Shown here: positions 52,045 through 63,191 of the stretch, one piece after another
Layout of the letters: every line of letters starts with the position of its first letter
Position numbering within the stretch: position 1 is the stretch's first letter
Source: Eledone cirrhosa
Taxonomy: Eukaryota
Assembly: GCA_964016885.1 (NCBI GenBank)
Contig: OZ024740.1
Coordinates: forward strand, 248,186,001-248,250,000
Length of the DNA: 64,000 bases
Direction of reading: 5' to 3'
Notes under the pieces: model-generated
Database searches by the model: none
What the model saw: only the letters and a program-made list of their open reading frames with translations
What the model was told of the DNA's origin: nothing
Translations under genes and position numbers: made by a program

Positions 52045-54057
52045 GCCTTTTATTTCGATAATCAGGGAAAAGCAGACAACAAACAGGATAAATTTGGGTT
52101 TAAAACCTATAATAACCCTCCGAGTAACCCAGCATTGCTACCCTTCGAAAATGATGTCTTGGAACTCATACGGAGTATCAAATTTCGGAATAGGAGCAAT
52201 TCCTTCCAGCAGGACCCGAAGAATAGAATTCGTTCTATTGAGGATTCTAATGCCTTGCACGTTCATTCCGACAAAACTGGCAATCTATATCAAGTGGAGC
52301 GCAGTACTTACCATCAACTGCTACATAATGCTGTAACTAAGGATTACTGGAAAACTAATCGGAGCGTCATTAATGAAATCAACGATGCTGGGTTTAAAAT
52401 CACCTCTGATCTCAACATCCTGGACCGGACTGAAGCTCTGGACCCTATTTCTCCCCACTTTACCCTGAAGGATCACAAATCCAATTTTCTGAACAACCCC
52501 TCTATTCGGCTTATTAACCCTACGAAGTCCGATTTAGGTAGACTTAGTAAAAGGATTCTTTATAGAATTATACCTGAAATTAGAAGTTTGGCCCCTCTTG
52601 CACTGTGGAACAATTCTTTCGCGGTGATTGATTGGTTCAACGGCATATGTAACAAGGAACATTGCCGTTTTATCCAATTCGACATCAATAATTACTACTC
52701 CTCCATCACTTTACCACTTCTCCTTAGAGCTATCAATTTCGCTAAAACACTCACAGTGGTTAAGGATTTTGAAGTTGATGTCATCCTCAATGCCCGTAAG
52801 TCGGTGATTAATTCCGACGACTCTATTTGGATTAAAAAATCTAATAGTACCCCATTCGACGTGAGTATGGGCGCCAGCGTATCTGCGGAGGTTACTGATC
52901 TTATCGGCCTTTTCCTTCTTTTCTCTATCAAGGAAGAATTCTCCAACGTAGGCGGTGGTTTGTTCCGTGATGATGGTCTTTTGACCATGACTAAGTGCGG
53001 CCCACGTGCTTGTGACAGGTTCAGAAAAGAACTCACAGCCTTCTTTAAAGGCTTCAACCTCTCTATACAGGTTGAGGCCAACCTCTCGGTCATTAATTAC
53101 CTCGACGTTACCCTCAATTTATCGAATGGCTTGCATTACCCGTATAGAAAGCCGAATGATACGCTTAATTACATAAATAAGCATTCTAACCATCCTGCCA
53201 GCATAACCAAGAACCTGGTAAGAAACGTTTCTTTGAGGCTTTCCCGTCTATCTACTAACGAGCATATTTTCAACGACCATTCCACATATTACAATGAAGC
53301 TCTTGCTCGGAGTGGATTTGTCGATCAGGTAGCATATACAGAGTACGAGAATAGACCTAGAAGAAATAGATCCCGGCGCATTATATGGTATAACCCACCA
53401 TATAATATGGAGGTGGCCACACCATTAGCTAAGATCTTTATCTCCCTTATTATGAAGCATTTTCCCCCTACACATAAATATAGTAAAATTTTTAATAGAA
53501 TTACTATTAAAATTTCTTACTCTACGACTCCTAACCTTGCACATAACATCAGAGCTTCAAATTTAGCTAAACTACCTAGCCGTAGGAACACGTGCAACCC
53601 TGTAGTTAGTACTAACTGTAATTTTAGGAATCGGGTTGACTGCCCCCTATCTGGGAAATGCCTCTCTAGTAACATTGTCTACACATGTAAGGTTGAAACA
53701 CCCACGTCCCGTAGGGCCTACATAGGGTTAACCGCCAATAGATTCAAGCAGCGTCTTTACATGCATACCCATTCTTTTCGTTACTTTTTAAGAAGGAATA
53801 TGACGTCACTTTCAGCTTATATCTGGAGTCTAAAAGACAACCACACCCAATATAAGTTACACTGGGAGATCCTAGCTAGGGCTAGATCGTATAACGGAAA
53901 TAAAAGACCATGTGACCTCAGCGCCGCTGAGGCCCTGGAAATACTCTACGCCAAAGACCACATCTTAAACAAAAAATCTGAGGCAATTTCGGCTTGTAAA
54001 CATAAATTGCACAAAACTTTCCTGTATTACAGCCCCACATTATACCCTAACGGATAG
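52045..54057 (+). CDS. Penelope-like retroelement (Naiad-like) RT + GIY-YIG endonuclease; open frame, 5'-truncated
   Basis: The frame is open from the (TA)n edge (AFYFDN..KFGFKT) to TAG at 54057. Motifs include SDKTGN, TLKDHK, IRLINP, FIQFDI, FDVSMGA, LFRDDGL, NYLDVTLNL, WYNPPY, CPLSGKC and IVYTC..YIGLT. Confidence 0.93.
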   Translation, partial: AFYFDNQGKADNKQDKFGFKTYNNPPSNPALLPFENDVLELIRSIKFRNRSNSFQQDPKNRIRSIEDSNALHVHSDKTGNLYQVERSTYHQLLHNAVTKDYWKTNRSVINEINDAGFKITSDLNILDRTEALDPISPHFTLKDHKSNFLNNPSIRLINPTKSDLGRLSKRILYRIIPEIRSLAPLALWNNSFAVIDWFNGICNKEHCRFIQFDINNYYSSITLPLLLRAINFAKTLTVVKDFEVDVILNARKSVINSDDSIWIKKSNSTPFDVSMGASVSAEVTDLIGLFLLFSIKEEFSNVGGGLFRDDGLLTMTKCGPRACDRFRKELTAFFKGFNLSIQVEANLSVINYLDVTLNLSNGLHYPYRKPNDTLNYINKHSNHPASITKNLVRNVSLRLSRLSTNEHIFNDHSTYYNEALARSGFVDQVAYTEYENRPRRNRSRRIIWYNPPYNMEVATPLAKIFISLIMKHFPPTHKYSKIFNRITIKISYSTTPNLAHNIRASNLAKLPSRRNTCNPVVSTNCNFRNRVDCPLSGKCLSSNIVYTCKVETPTSRRAYIGLTANRFKQRLYMHTHSFRYFLRRNMTSLSAYIWSLKDNHTQYKLHWEILARARSYNGNKRPCDLSAAEALEILYAKDHILNKKSEAISACKHKLHKTFLYYSPTLYPNG

Positions 54058-54748
54058 AACGAACTATACGCGGATATTTTACGTCTTGATGTGGTAGCAG
54101 TATATGTTATGTTTATACCATTACTTATTTGTATAGGTAAGTATATATTACCTGTATGTTTTGTGAAGGTACGTATACTTTCTCGTACATATACTTGATT
54201 GTATATGTTATGGCGTATATATTATATATTCTGGTACATATGCTTTTGGTTATGTGTATACGTGAGTTTTGCGTCTGTGTGAGTATGCGGGTTCGTACGT
54301 ATGTATGGTGTGTGTATATGTGTACTTCGTGTTTTGGTTGATGTTCGTCTCCGAACATATGTGTATTTACATGTAGGTCTGTGCGTGCGCTTGTTATATA
54401 CGTATTTATTTATTTATATACGTTTATTTAATTATATGTATACACGCACACACACACACAGATATATATATATATTTATGTTTTTATATATATTTTTATG
54501 TGTATTTGATGTATACATTCGTATGCGTGCGGGTACAGGCGTTGCGTGGGTTCTGTATGTGGGTGCGGTTTTTTTTTTGTGTGTACGTGCCTGTATTTGT
54601 ATACCTATGGCGAATGTTTTCGCGTATGCTTGTGTATGTACGTATATGGATGCGTCTATGTATTTATTTAATTTTAATTACCTCTGTATTTTATTTACTT
54701 TATTCTTAACTCTGAAGCCGAGAATCATTCGGTTTCCTAGTTAGAATT

Positions 54749-55240
54749 TTAGTCTACGACTTCAGTTATACAATTTACGTGGTTTTGTCTTTGCGTGCAA
54801 TTGTTCTCGCCGTTCCACATATGACGTATTATCTTCGTTTTTTCCGTTCATTGCCAGAGAACGTCTCCATGAACCACCTAATACAACATTAGTCTACGAC
54901 TTCTTTTATACCATAAACGTGGTTTTGTCTTTGCGTGTAATTGTTTTTCACCGCTCCAAATAATGACGTATTATATTCGTTTTTTCCCCTTCTTTGCCAG
55001 GGAACATTTCCACGAACCACAGTATCGTCTTCCTGTCTTCCTCCGGTTGCAACGTTTTTTGAAATATTCACTTCTGCGTTCACAGATTGACTTTGTTAGT
55101 TTCAGAAGATCCCGTTAAGGGTGAAAGCAGCGATTCTTTGCTTAAACTTTAATCTGTTATTTTAATAAATATTTGCTCTACGGTTCTTATATATTTGATA
55201 TATATTTATCCGTATCGAGCCCTCTTTGGATTTAATCTTC
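54749..55240. repeat. Dispersed repeat with an internal ~140-bp tandem duplication, downstream of the PLE
   Basis: ttagtctacgacttc...gaaccac occurs at 54749 and 54889. Inverted homologs lie at 4735-4945 and ~29780-30035. Confidence 0.75.
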
Positions 55241-55294
55241 AAAAATTTATTATTATTACTATATATATATATATATATACTATATATATATATA

Positions 55295-55398
<104 letters not shown>

Positions 55399-55459
55399 GT
55401 AGAACACTGGTGGGTTATATCCGCAGTAGTAGAGCACTAATTCCATGGGACGAGTTTGG

Positions 55460-55567
55460 TAGAAGTAGTTCCACAACGGTTATCACACCACCTCCGAGAA
55501 CAATTTGTTTGAGGCGAAACAAATTGTTCTCGGAGGTGGTGTGATAACCGTTGTAGAACTACTTCTA
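55460..55567. repeat. 51-bp-stem inverted repeat with a 6-nt loop
   Basis: Arms at 55460-55510 and 55517-55567 with one mismatch; loop gaggcg. Confidence 0.92.
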
Positions 55568-55623
55568 TATATATATGTGTGTATTAATGTATGTATATGC
55601 GCATATATATGCGTATGTGTATG

Positions 55624-55658
<35 letters not shown>

Positions 55659-55775
55659 CTGTATGTATATGTGGGTATATATATAATGGAAAAATTTGAA
55701 CAGGAACAAAACAGAGAGGCAGTACAACGAATGTTTATTAATTTCACGCTCTGGAGAGTGGGGTGGTGGTGGGGA

Positions 55776-55808
55776 ACGACGTTTCGGGCATAAGCCCTTC
55801 CTCAGGTG
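55776..55808 (-). ncRNA. Minimal hammerhead ribozyme motif in a solo PLE-type terminus
   Basis: Minus strand: cac CUGAGGA a gggc-uuau-gccc GAAAC GUC gu. AAUAAA follows ~35 nt downstream, and the segment ends at (TA)n near 55682. Confidence 0.72.
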
Positions 55809-56174
55809 AGAAGTGTGTGGGAACAGAGTTCAAAGGGTGTGTAGGGGAGTGGTGGAGAGACATATAGCGAAAGGAAACAGTGCGAATGAAATTAAAAATA
55901 AAAATAAAGCATGATCAAAATAAAAGGAATGAAATAAAAATAAATATAAAAGCATGATCAAAATAAACTGAAATAAAAAGGGGTAAAACAGGTGGTGGAA
56001 GGGTGTGGGGTGTGTAGGGGTGTGGCGGGTGGAGTGGGGAGAGAGAGACGGGGTGTCCGAGCGGGGAGGGCTGAAGGTGGTGTGTGTGTGTGTAGGTGTA
56101 CGTGTGTGTGTGTATATATATATATATGTATATATAGGTATGTATACATATGTACATATATATATGTATATGTG

Positions 56175-56202
<28 letters not shown>

Positions 56203-56206
<4 letters not shown>

Positions 56207-56430
56207 ACTTTGATAACTTTCGGCCAGTATTGGCCCAGGCCAACTTAATATCCCTAATAGAAGCTTTCGCCATATTTTTTACTAAAGAAGTTTTAGCCTG
56301 ATATTGGGGTTTAGAACCCTCTAAGAAATGGGAAAAGATGAGTATTGACTTCCATATAGTAAAAAAACTTACATTTAGTAAACAAAAAAAGCTTCTATTT
56401 CTAATTTAAAATTGTTACTTATATATATAT
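56203..56430 (-). mobile_element. LINE-type 3' end fragment related to 57287-57630
   Basis: Shares the terminus tataactttgata..tttc(g/a)gccagtattggcccaggcca, abutting (TA)n. Confidence 0.6.
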
Positions 56431-56670
56431 ATCAGATAGGGTGTGGTAAAAACCAGCTAGACCATAATCCAGCACTGAAAATATATGCTATTTTCAAAAA
56501 TACACAGTGAGTGATCGGCCTGATTTGCATATTAGCAGACTGGCCGATCAGCCAGATCTGCATATTAGCAGATCCACTGATTAGCCAGATTTGCATATCA
56601 GCAGACTGGCCAGTCAATTTCCTGTATACGAGCGATAAATGGCCGGCTTTGCCAAATTCAAATAAAAAAT

Positions 56671-56983
56671 AAAATGTTCGCTCTACATGGCTGAATACAA
56701 TAAATGTAATCCGAGTTTTTCGAATATTAATAATAACATCCGATTCACTAGCTCTGACAGTTTGGCAGGTGAACAGTAATGATGAAGGTGATACCCAGAA
56801 ACATTAGTGTCTGCTGTTCTGTTCACATGCCAACACAAGAGCAACAATAAAGGGCTCATTCTACTGACATGGCTATACAATTGAGGCTTGTTTGTATAAT
56901 TGCAAACGAATCGAATGTTATTATTAATATTCGAAAAACTCAGATTACATTTATTGTATTCAGGCATGTAAAGCGAACATTTT
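56671..56983. mobile_element. MITE-like element with ~75-bp terminal inverted repeats
   Basis: aaaatgttcgctctacatggctgaatacaataaatgtaatccgagtttttcgaatattaataataacatccgattc versus its reverse complement at 56908-56983. Confidence 0.8.
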
Positions 56984-57086
56984 CTTTTTTATATATATGT
57001 ATATATAACAAATAAGGTATGGTAGAGATACCAGGAGGACCATACCGCACCAGAGTACTCAATACTTAGGTTAGTAGAGTGGGTAA

Positions 57087-57215
57087 TAGGAAAAGAGTCA
57101 ACATCTCGACGGCTGAGCTCCAGCCGTTTCGATAGCTAGATCCGATTTAGCTTGTTCGGATCTAGTTGTTGAAACGGCCAGAGCTCAGCCGTCGGGGCCC
57201 TGACTCTTTCCCTAT
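57087..57215. repeat. ~130-bp imperfect hairpin element; half-copy at 33017-33065
   Basis: Arms ataggaaaagagtca..cgacggctgagctc..gccgtttc..ctagatccga and tcggatctag..gaaacggc..gagctcagccgtcg..tgactctttccctat. Confidence 0.8.
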
Positions 57216-57222
57216 ATATATG

Positions 57223-57256
<34 letters not shown>

Positions 57257-57286
57257 CGTGTGCGTGTGTGTGTGTGTGTGTGCATA

Positions 57287-57630
57287 TATAACTTTGATAG
57301 GTTTCAGCCAGTATTGGCCCAGGCCATATCTAACTTAATAGTTAGACGAAGTCTCTCAAATCAGGATTTGGACACCATGGCCCACTCAAGTAGAGAGTTA
57401 TTGTTTACGGAGACATATCCCGGGTGTAGGAGGTTTATCCGGGATTTCCTGAAGGAATTTGTCTAAAGACTTCTTGAACTTGATGGGGTCTGTTTCTGTT
57501 TTAATGTGTTTTGGTGTAATGTTAAATAGAGCAGGGCCAATTGAGGTGATATAATTGTGTCGTATTGTTGTTATGAGATGTGAGTGTGATTTGTGATGTG
57601 GGTGAATAGCACGGGGCGCAAGCATTGGGT
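57287..57630 (-). mobile_element. 3' end of a CR1/L2-group LINE
   Basis: Minus-strand peptide GPALFNITPKHIK..FKKSLDKFLQEIPDKP, a short 3' UTR, and (TA)n/(TG)n flanks. Confidence 0.75.
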
Positions 57631-57948
57631 ATATATATATATGTATGAGTGCTTATGTTTGTCTGTTTGTATATGTATGTATGTATATGTAGCGGATAAG
57701 CTGAGTGTTCGTTTCACGTCGGCGGTCACCATTTGTAGCGAGATAAATGTTATTCTTTTATGGGTGAATGGCAAAAAGAATAATGCCAGAATTGTGATGT
57801 TAACGACGTTTATTTTAAAATAATATGTGACAGAATTTATTGCTACATTAATTTGGTGACTAACTACTTCGAGCTAGCGTGCATGCATGTATCAACACAA
57901 CGATACAATATAAGTGATTCAACAAGAAGACGGAAGAATAGATGGAAC

Positions 57949-58087
<139 letters not shown>

Positions 58088-58624
58088 CTTAGTATTCGTT
58101 ATTTCCCTCAAGGACTGCTGCTTCTTGTCTGGCTGTCTGGCTGTCGTCTGTGGCCGAGAAGGTGATAACCAGAGAGGCCAGGAGAGGGAGATAGAGTGAA
58201 AGGTCTGCTACATCGTTAACCTTAACACGGACTGCTTGCTTCGGTCTCTCTGGCCCTTAGATTCCTTAACTCCTTGTATTTATAATAGTGCTATAGTTAG
58301 TAGGATGTGTATATGAGGTTGATTTATGATCAGCCATGTGGATATCTTCTCCCAGGAAGCTGGGGTCACAGGTCAAGTGGTATGTACGTTTATCATTGTT
58401 GTCTTGACAGGACAATGGTGGGAACTTTCCAATAATGGGTGGTCCCAGAGGCGAGAAACCTCAGATTCGGTTTCGAATCTTCGCCGGTAAAATATAGGAG
58501 TATTTCGTTATATATATATTTGTTTATTTCCATATGTGTTTATATTGAGAGGGAGGCCATTGACTGTACAAGATGCACGGTATATCGTGTATATATACCA
58601 AATACCTATTCTATGTGTATGTAC

Positions 58625-58701
<77 letters not shown>

Positions 58702-58708
<7 letters not shown>

Positions 58709-61700
58709 ATACTTGGGGAGGGTCATATTTGTGTAATATTCCCAGAATTAATAACAGAACACACTCACTGTTTGGTTGGTTTTCGCTTCTCGCTGTCTTT
58801 TATATCTGCGATCTAACTTACTCGGTCCTCAATGTTGCCATTGACTGACCGACGGTCAAAAAATAATACAGATACAATATAGACACAAACACATATATAT
58901 AGTTTATCATAAATCTTTCGTTGCACATCTGCAACATCGTCAGAGGTGTTATATTTTCCTCCTGTTGTGTTGTATGTCTACGCCATTTTTATTCAGTCTG
59001 TCTATATATTTACTTATTTATTTGCTCGTTTGTTTATTTTATTTTGTTTTCTTTGCGCATGCGCTTGCGTGTGTGTATAGTGTTATGTTTGTTGTGTGAT
59101 GGGTGACTAGTGTGTGTTTATGTGCTTGTTGTTATTGTGCTTGTGTATGTATTTATTTATTTATTTATTTATCTTATTTTATTTACTTATTTATACTTCT
59201 CTTAGGTCAGTGTTGTTTGTTTGGGTGTTGTTGTTATTCCATTCATTCTTTCTGTTTAGTTTTGGTCTTCTAATTTCTATTTCACTGGCCTCTCTGATTT
59301 GCCTATCTGCTGGGTCATTTCTATGTTTAGATATTATTCTAATTTCTATGTTGTCTATGTTACCGTCATGTTGTTGTCTAGCATGTTCGTATAGTACTGA
59401 CCCGTTTTTTCGTCCTTTTAGTTCCCCCAGTGTTGGTCTATCCTTTCACCTATGCTACGAGCTGTCTCACCTATGTATGTTGTTGTCATGTTTCTGCAAG
59501 TACCCTCTGTACATCTTATGCTATAGACTACGTTTCTAGTTTTACAGTTTATCCGGGGGTTCACCTTACATATGATACATTTCCTATTGGTACAGTGGGT
59601 TTTCTTAAAAGGGTAGGTTTTGCTGATCAGGGATTTTATGGTGGTTCCTGGCTTTTCTACCACCTTTATTTTTAAGTGGATCTTTCTCAGGGCCTACACT
59701 GGTTAGCTAATTTCCCTCCAGGGGTGGCGTCTACAAACATAACACTCTGGTATCTCTGGTTGTCGTACCATGAGGTGGCTTTCCCTATCTTATGTCTAGC
59801 CCTATCTAAGCTATTCCATGATTTGCTCCTGTATAATGGGCAAATTCCTTTCATGTCTAGTTCTATGAGGGTCTTATACTTTTCCATGGCTCCTTCGTAT
59901 ACTCTGACTCTGTCTCTTTGGTTGTAACCAGAGAACTGCATGCGGTTGATGAAGTGTTGGATGTGTTTTTCCATTTCTGTTGGGTCGCACATGCGGGACA
60001 CATTCTTCATCACTCGTACCAAATCTGCGATCAGAATATTAAACTTAGCACTACTGGACATTGCTGAGTTTTTGAGTATCAGGTATTTGGAGGCCATGGG
60101 TTTAGCATAGTGTGAGTGGAGAATTTGGGCTCTCTCGTCTATAGTGTTAATCCAGAGTTCTGTGTCTAATACAGGTAGTCTATTGTTAGGGTGTTTGGAA
60201 GGGAAGTCGATAGTTACAGTTATACTCTGGTGTATGGAATTAGCTATCTGATGGATGCTTTCCATCGTGCTACGTTCTAAATCAAACTTGCTAGTGCTCT
60301 CTAGTGGGGGTGTTCTTATAACTATATTGATATCGTCTACATAACGAGAGTACATGATGAGGTCTATGGAGCTTTCATTAAGGAGATCTTTAAGTCTCCT
60401 TTCCCACCATACCATGAAAAGGTTGGCAACATCACCAGCTATGCTGACGCCGATGGCTGCTCCCTCATTTTGGGTGTAGATTTTCTCATTGAACTTAAAT
60501 ATGTGGCCCTTTAGGGTAGTTTTGATACTAGCCCCTATTGCATGTGCGACCATTTTTCTTACCTGATTATTGTTTTGGGGGGTCCGTATAGCTTTGGTCC
60601 ACCCAATCCACCTTCCCATGGGAGTCTTTTTTGCCATTGAGGTTATGGTGGGGGGTCTACCTCTTATAGGTCTACTAGGGCCGAAACATCTAAGGTCATG
60701 GCTGTCTAGGTAGTCAGTGTCGTAGGTAAGTCTAAGTAGGAGGCCCAGTTCGTCTGTGTCGACGTCGCAGAACTCCACCTCACTCTCAATGATCATCTCC
60801 ACACATCTTTTCACAGCAAAATCAATGTTAATGGATGGGTACAGTGACACCACATCCATGCTGCCTATTATGCAGTTGGATAGGCTCCTGTTTTTGTTGC
60901 ACTCACTGATTCTGCTGAGGAGGTCCTCTGTACTGTCACATACATCTGGGTACATCTTGATTATGGGGCGTATAACCATTGAGAGGAAGTAGGAGATCCT
61001 GTAGTTGCTAGCTATATTAGCTCCGCATACGGGTCTTGTTGGTGGTCCTATTGTCGGGTCGTCGACTGTCTTGTGGTCTTTGCGGAGCCCATACAAGGGT
61101 GGTATGCCATTGTTAGACGCCTGGAAGTTGTTGGTAGTGCGTCTGCTTGGCTTTAGGATGTCAGTCCACATCATCATGTGAGCGTTGAGGATTTTTTCTC
61201 TCCCATCGTGTTTGTTGTGCAAGTTCGCTCGTGTTGGTGATGTGGGGTTGCATAGCCTCGATGTAGTTCGGCATGCTATCTATTGACATCCTACCAGACT
61301 TATCCGTGGGTAGACACACTACCTCACCATCCCTTGTGCGCTGCTTGAGGCTAACCAAGCCTTCTACAGGTTTCCTCCCAAGTTGTTGGGCCTCTGGTCT
61401 GCTCTGTCTCTTAGTATATCGGTCTACTATTTGTCTAATCTTATTTCTAGCTATGGTGAACTGTGCCTCTGTCTCGTCATCTATTTGTTGTGGTATGCAA
61501 ACTCCTTTATTAAAGGGTAACCTCGTAGGATAGATATTACCCATCTTATATGTTTTGTCAGCTGGGTTAAAAAATAGTTTCTCTAAGAGGTTGTCATTAT
61601 ATCTATCGTCATAGTTGTGTGTGTTGCTATTATTGTTATCAGGGTGGTTGTTGTTGTTCCTATCATTAGCATTTGTTGTTTCTACCATTGTGGTTGTTAC

Positions 61701-61890
61701 TTTTATTATGTTTCTTGTTTTTGTTGTGTCTATCATTGATGTTGCTACATGTACTATTTCCATTATTACCACTGTGGTTATTGTTGTTGTTGTTCGTATT
61801 GTTACTGTTATTACTACTGTGGTCGCTGTTGCTGTGTCTGTGGTTAATGTTTCTATTATTATTATTATTGTGGTTGTTGTTGTTCTGTCT
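58702..61890 (-). mobile_element. Penelope-like element (YVDD type, Neptune/Nematis-like) with a few frameshifts
   Basis: PTDKSG, LYGLRKDHK, TRPVC, SMDVVSLYPSI, GAAIG, SRYVDDI and LPVLD, then a Cys-rich linker and NVVYSIRC..YIGET (GIY-YIG). Both ends abut (TA)n. The 3' terminus is shared with 41375-41405. Confidence 0.92.
58905..58947 (-). ncRNA. Hammerhead ribozyme core; stem I appears decayed
   Basis: Minus strand: accu CUGACGA u guugca-gaug-ugcaac GAAA g-au-u UA ugau. Same relative position in the 3' UTR as 41225-41267. Confidence 0.55.
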
Positions 61891-61966
61891 ATATATATAT
61901 ATATAACGGCGGCGAAGATTCAAAACCGAATCTGAGCTTTCCCGGCTCTGGGACAAGCTGTGGTTA

Positions 61967-62188
61967 GTTGTTTACACCCGGCAGACCAACCCCTTGGGAG
62001 ATGCTAAACACAGGTCAGATGTTGTTTATACCTGGCAGAAAAGAGGTAAGATATATCCATCCTTCTAAATTCAACCGTTATAAATACAAGGGTTGTTTAC
62101 GCCCGCCAGACCAACCCCTTGGGAGATTCAAACCAAAGGTCAGATGATATATCTATCCTTCTAACTTCAACCCTTATAAATACAAGCG
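61967..62188. repeat. ~120-bp tandem duplication
   Basis: gttgtttac.cc.g.cagaccaaccccttgggagat...ccttctaa.ttcaacc.ttataaatacaag x2. Confidence 0.8.
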
Positions 62189-63036
62189 TCTTAACTATAT
62201 ATGCTTTCCTGAGTACAGTGTAGATATGTGTATATTTATCAAAAATACCTTTGAATTAACTTTTTTGAAGGGCTATTTCAAGCATTCTTTTAAAAACGTT
62301 CTTTTTACAGGGTTTTTCTTTTTGAAATGTCTGTTTTTTAAGGTATTTTGAGGGTGTGTTTATCTGAAACGTTCTGTTAAGTGTTTTTCTATTTTAAAAA
62401 AAAAATTCTTTCTAAGTATTCGCTGCACATTCAATATCTACTGTGATTGTCGCATATAATACAGTTTCGGGTGTGTACGTGATTGCTGTGGGTGTATAAG
62501 TGCTCGTATGTATCACGCCTGCGCGAAACATGGACATGGGTGAGGGCGCCTACAGGTTGAGAAGGCGGCGACAGGGCGCGAGCGGTTCAATCATACAACC
62601 CCCTACCTCCTACAGTAGTAATTCCGATTTAAGAAACAACTTTGATTGACAGGTGGCGAATAAAAGGAACCAAATATAGGACGGCCATGAGTGGCCAAAA
62701 ATACCGATGACGTGTACAATTCTTGACCACTCATAGAATGACAACAACAGGATCTAAGCTGCTGAGTGAGGGCCGCGGGTGTAACTGGATATTTGGAAAC
62801 TCTGCTTCGTAGTATCGAGACGTATCTGAGGACCTTGCGATTTCAGAGTCAGGTTCGATTATTGCATCGATCGTGCCTCGAGCTGGTCGTCAGAGAAACG
62901 ATTGTAATATGTCTAATAAATGTTATTCGTCGCACCACTGATTCTCCGTTTCTTATGTGATATCATACTCTGTTATGTATGAGCATCGAGTGCTCAAAGG
63001 GCCTACCGCTTACGGACGCTTTAAGCATCCCACACC

Positions 63037-63095
<59 letters not shown>

Positions 63096-63121
63096 TGTGT
63101 GTGTTTGTATATATATGTCTG

Positions 63122-63191
<70 letters not shown>

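Noticed and set aside
52045-54750. Selenoprotein-type Naiad element with a SECIS
   Set aside because: Some Naiad PLEs are reported to encode selenocysteine, but this ORF has no in-frame TGA and I saw no convincing SECIS.
56203-57340. ggcca-atac-tggcc-GAAA (minus strand, two copies) as a hammerhead
   Set aside because: No CUGANGA lies upstream. It is better explained as a LINE 3'-end stem-loop.
62860-62900. CUGACGA on the minus strand as a hammerhead
   Set aside because: No well-formed stem II followed by GAAA could be built.
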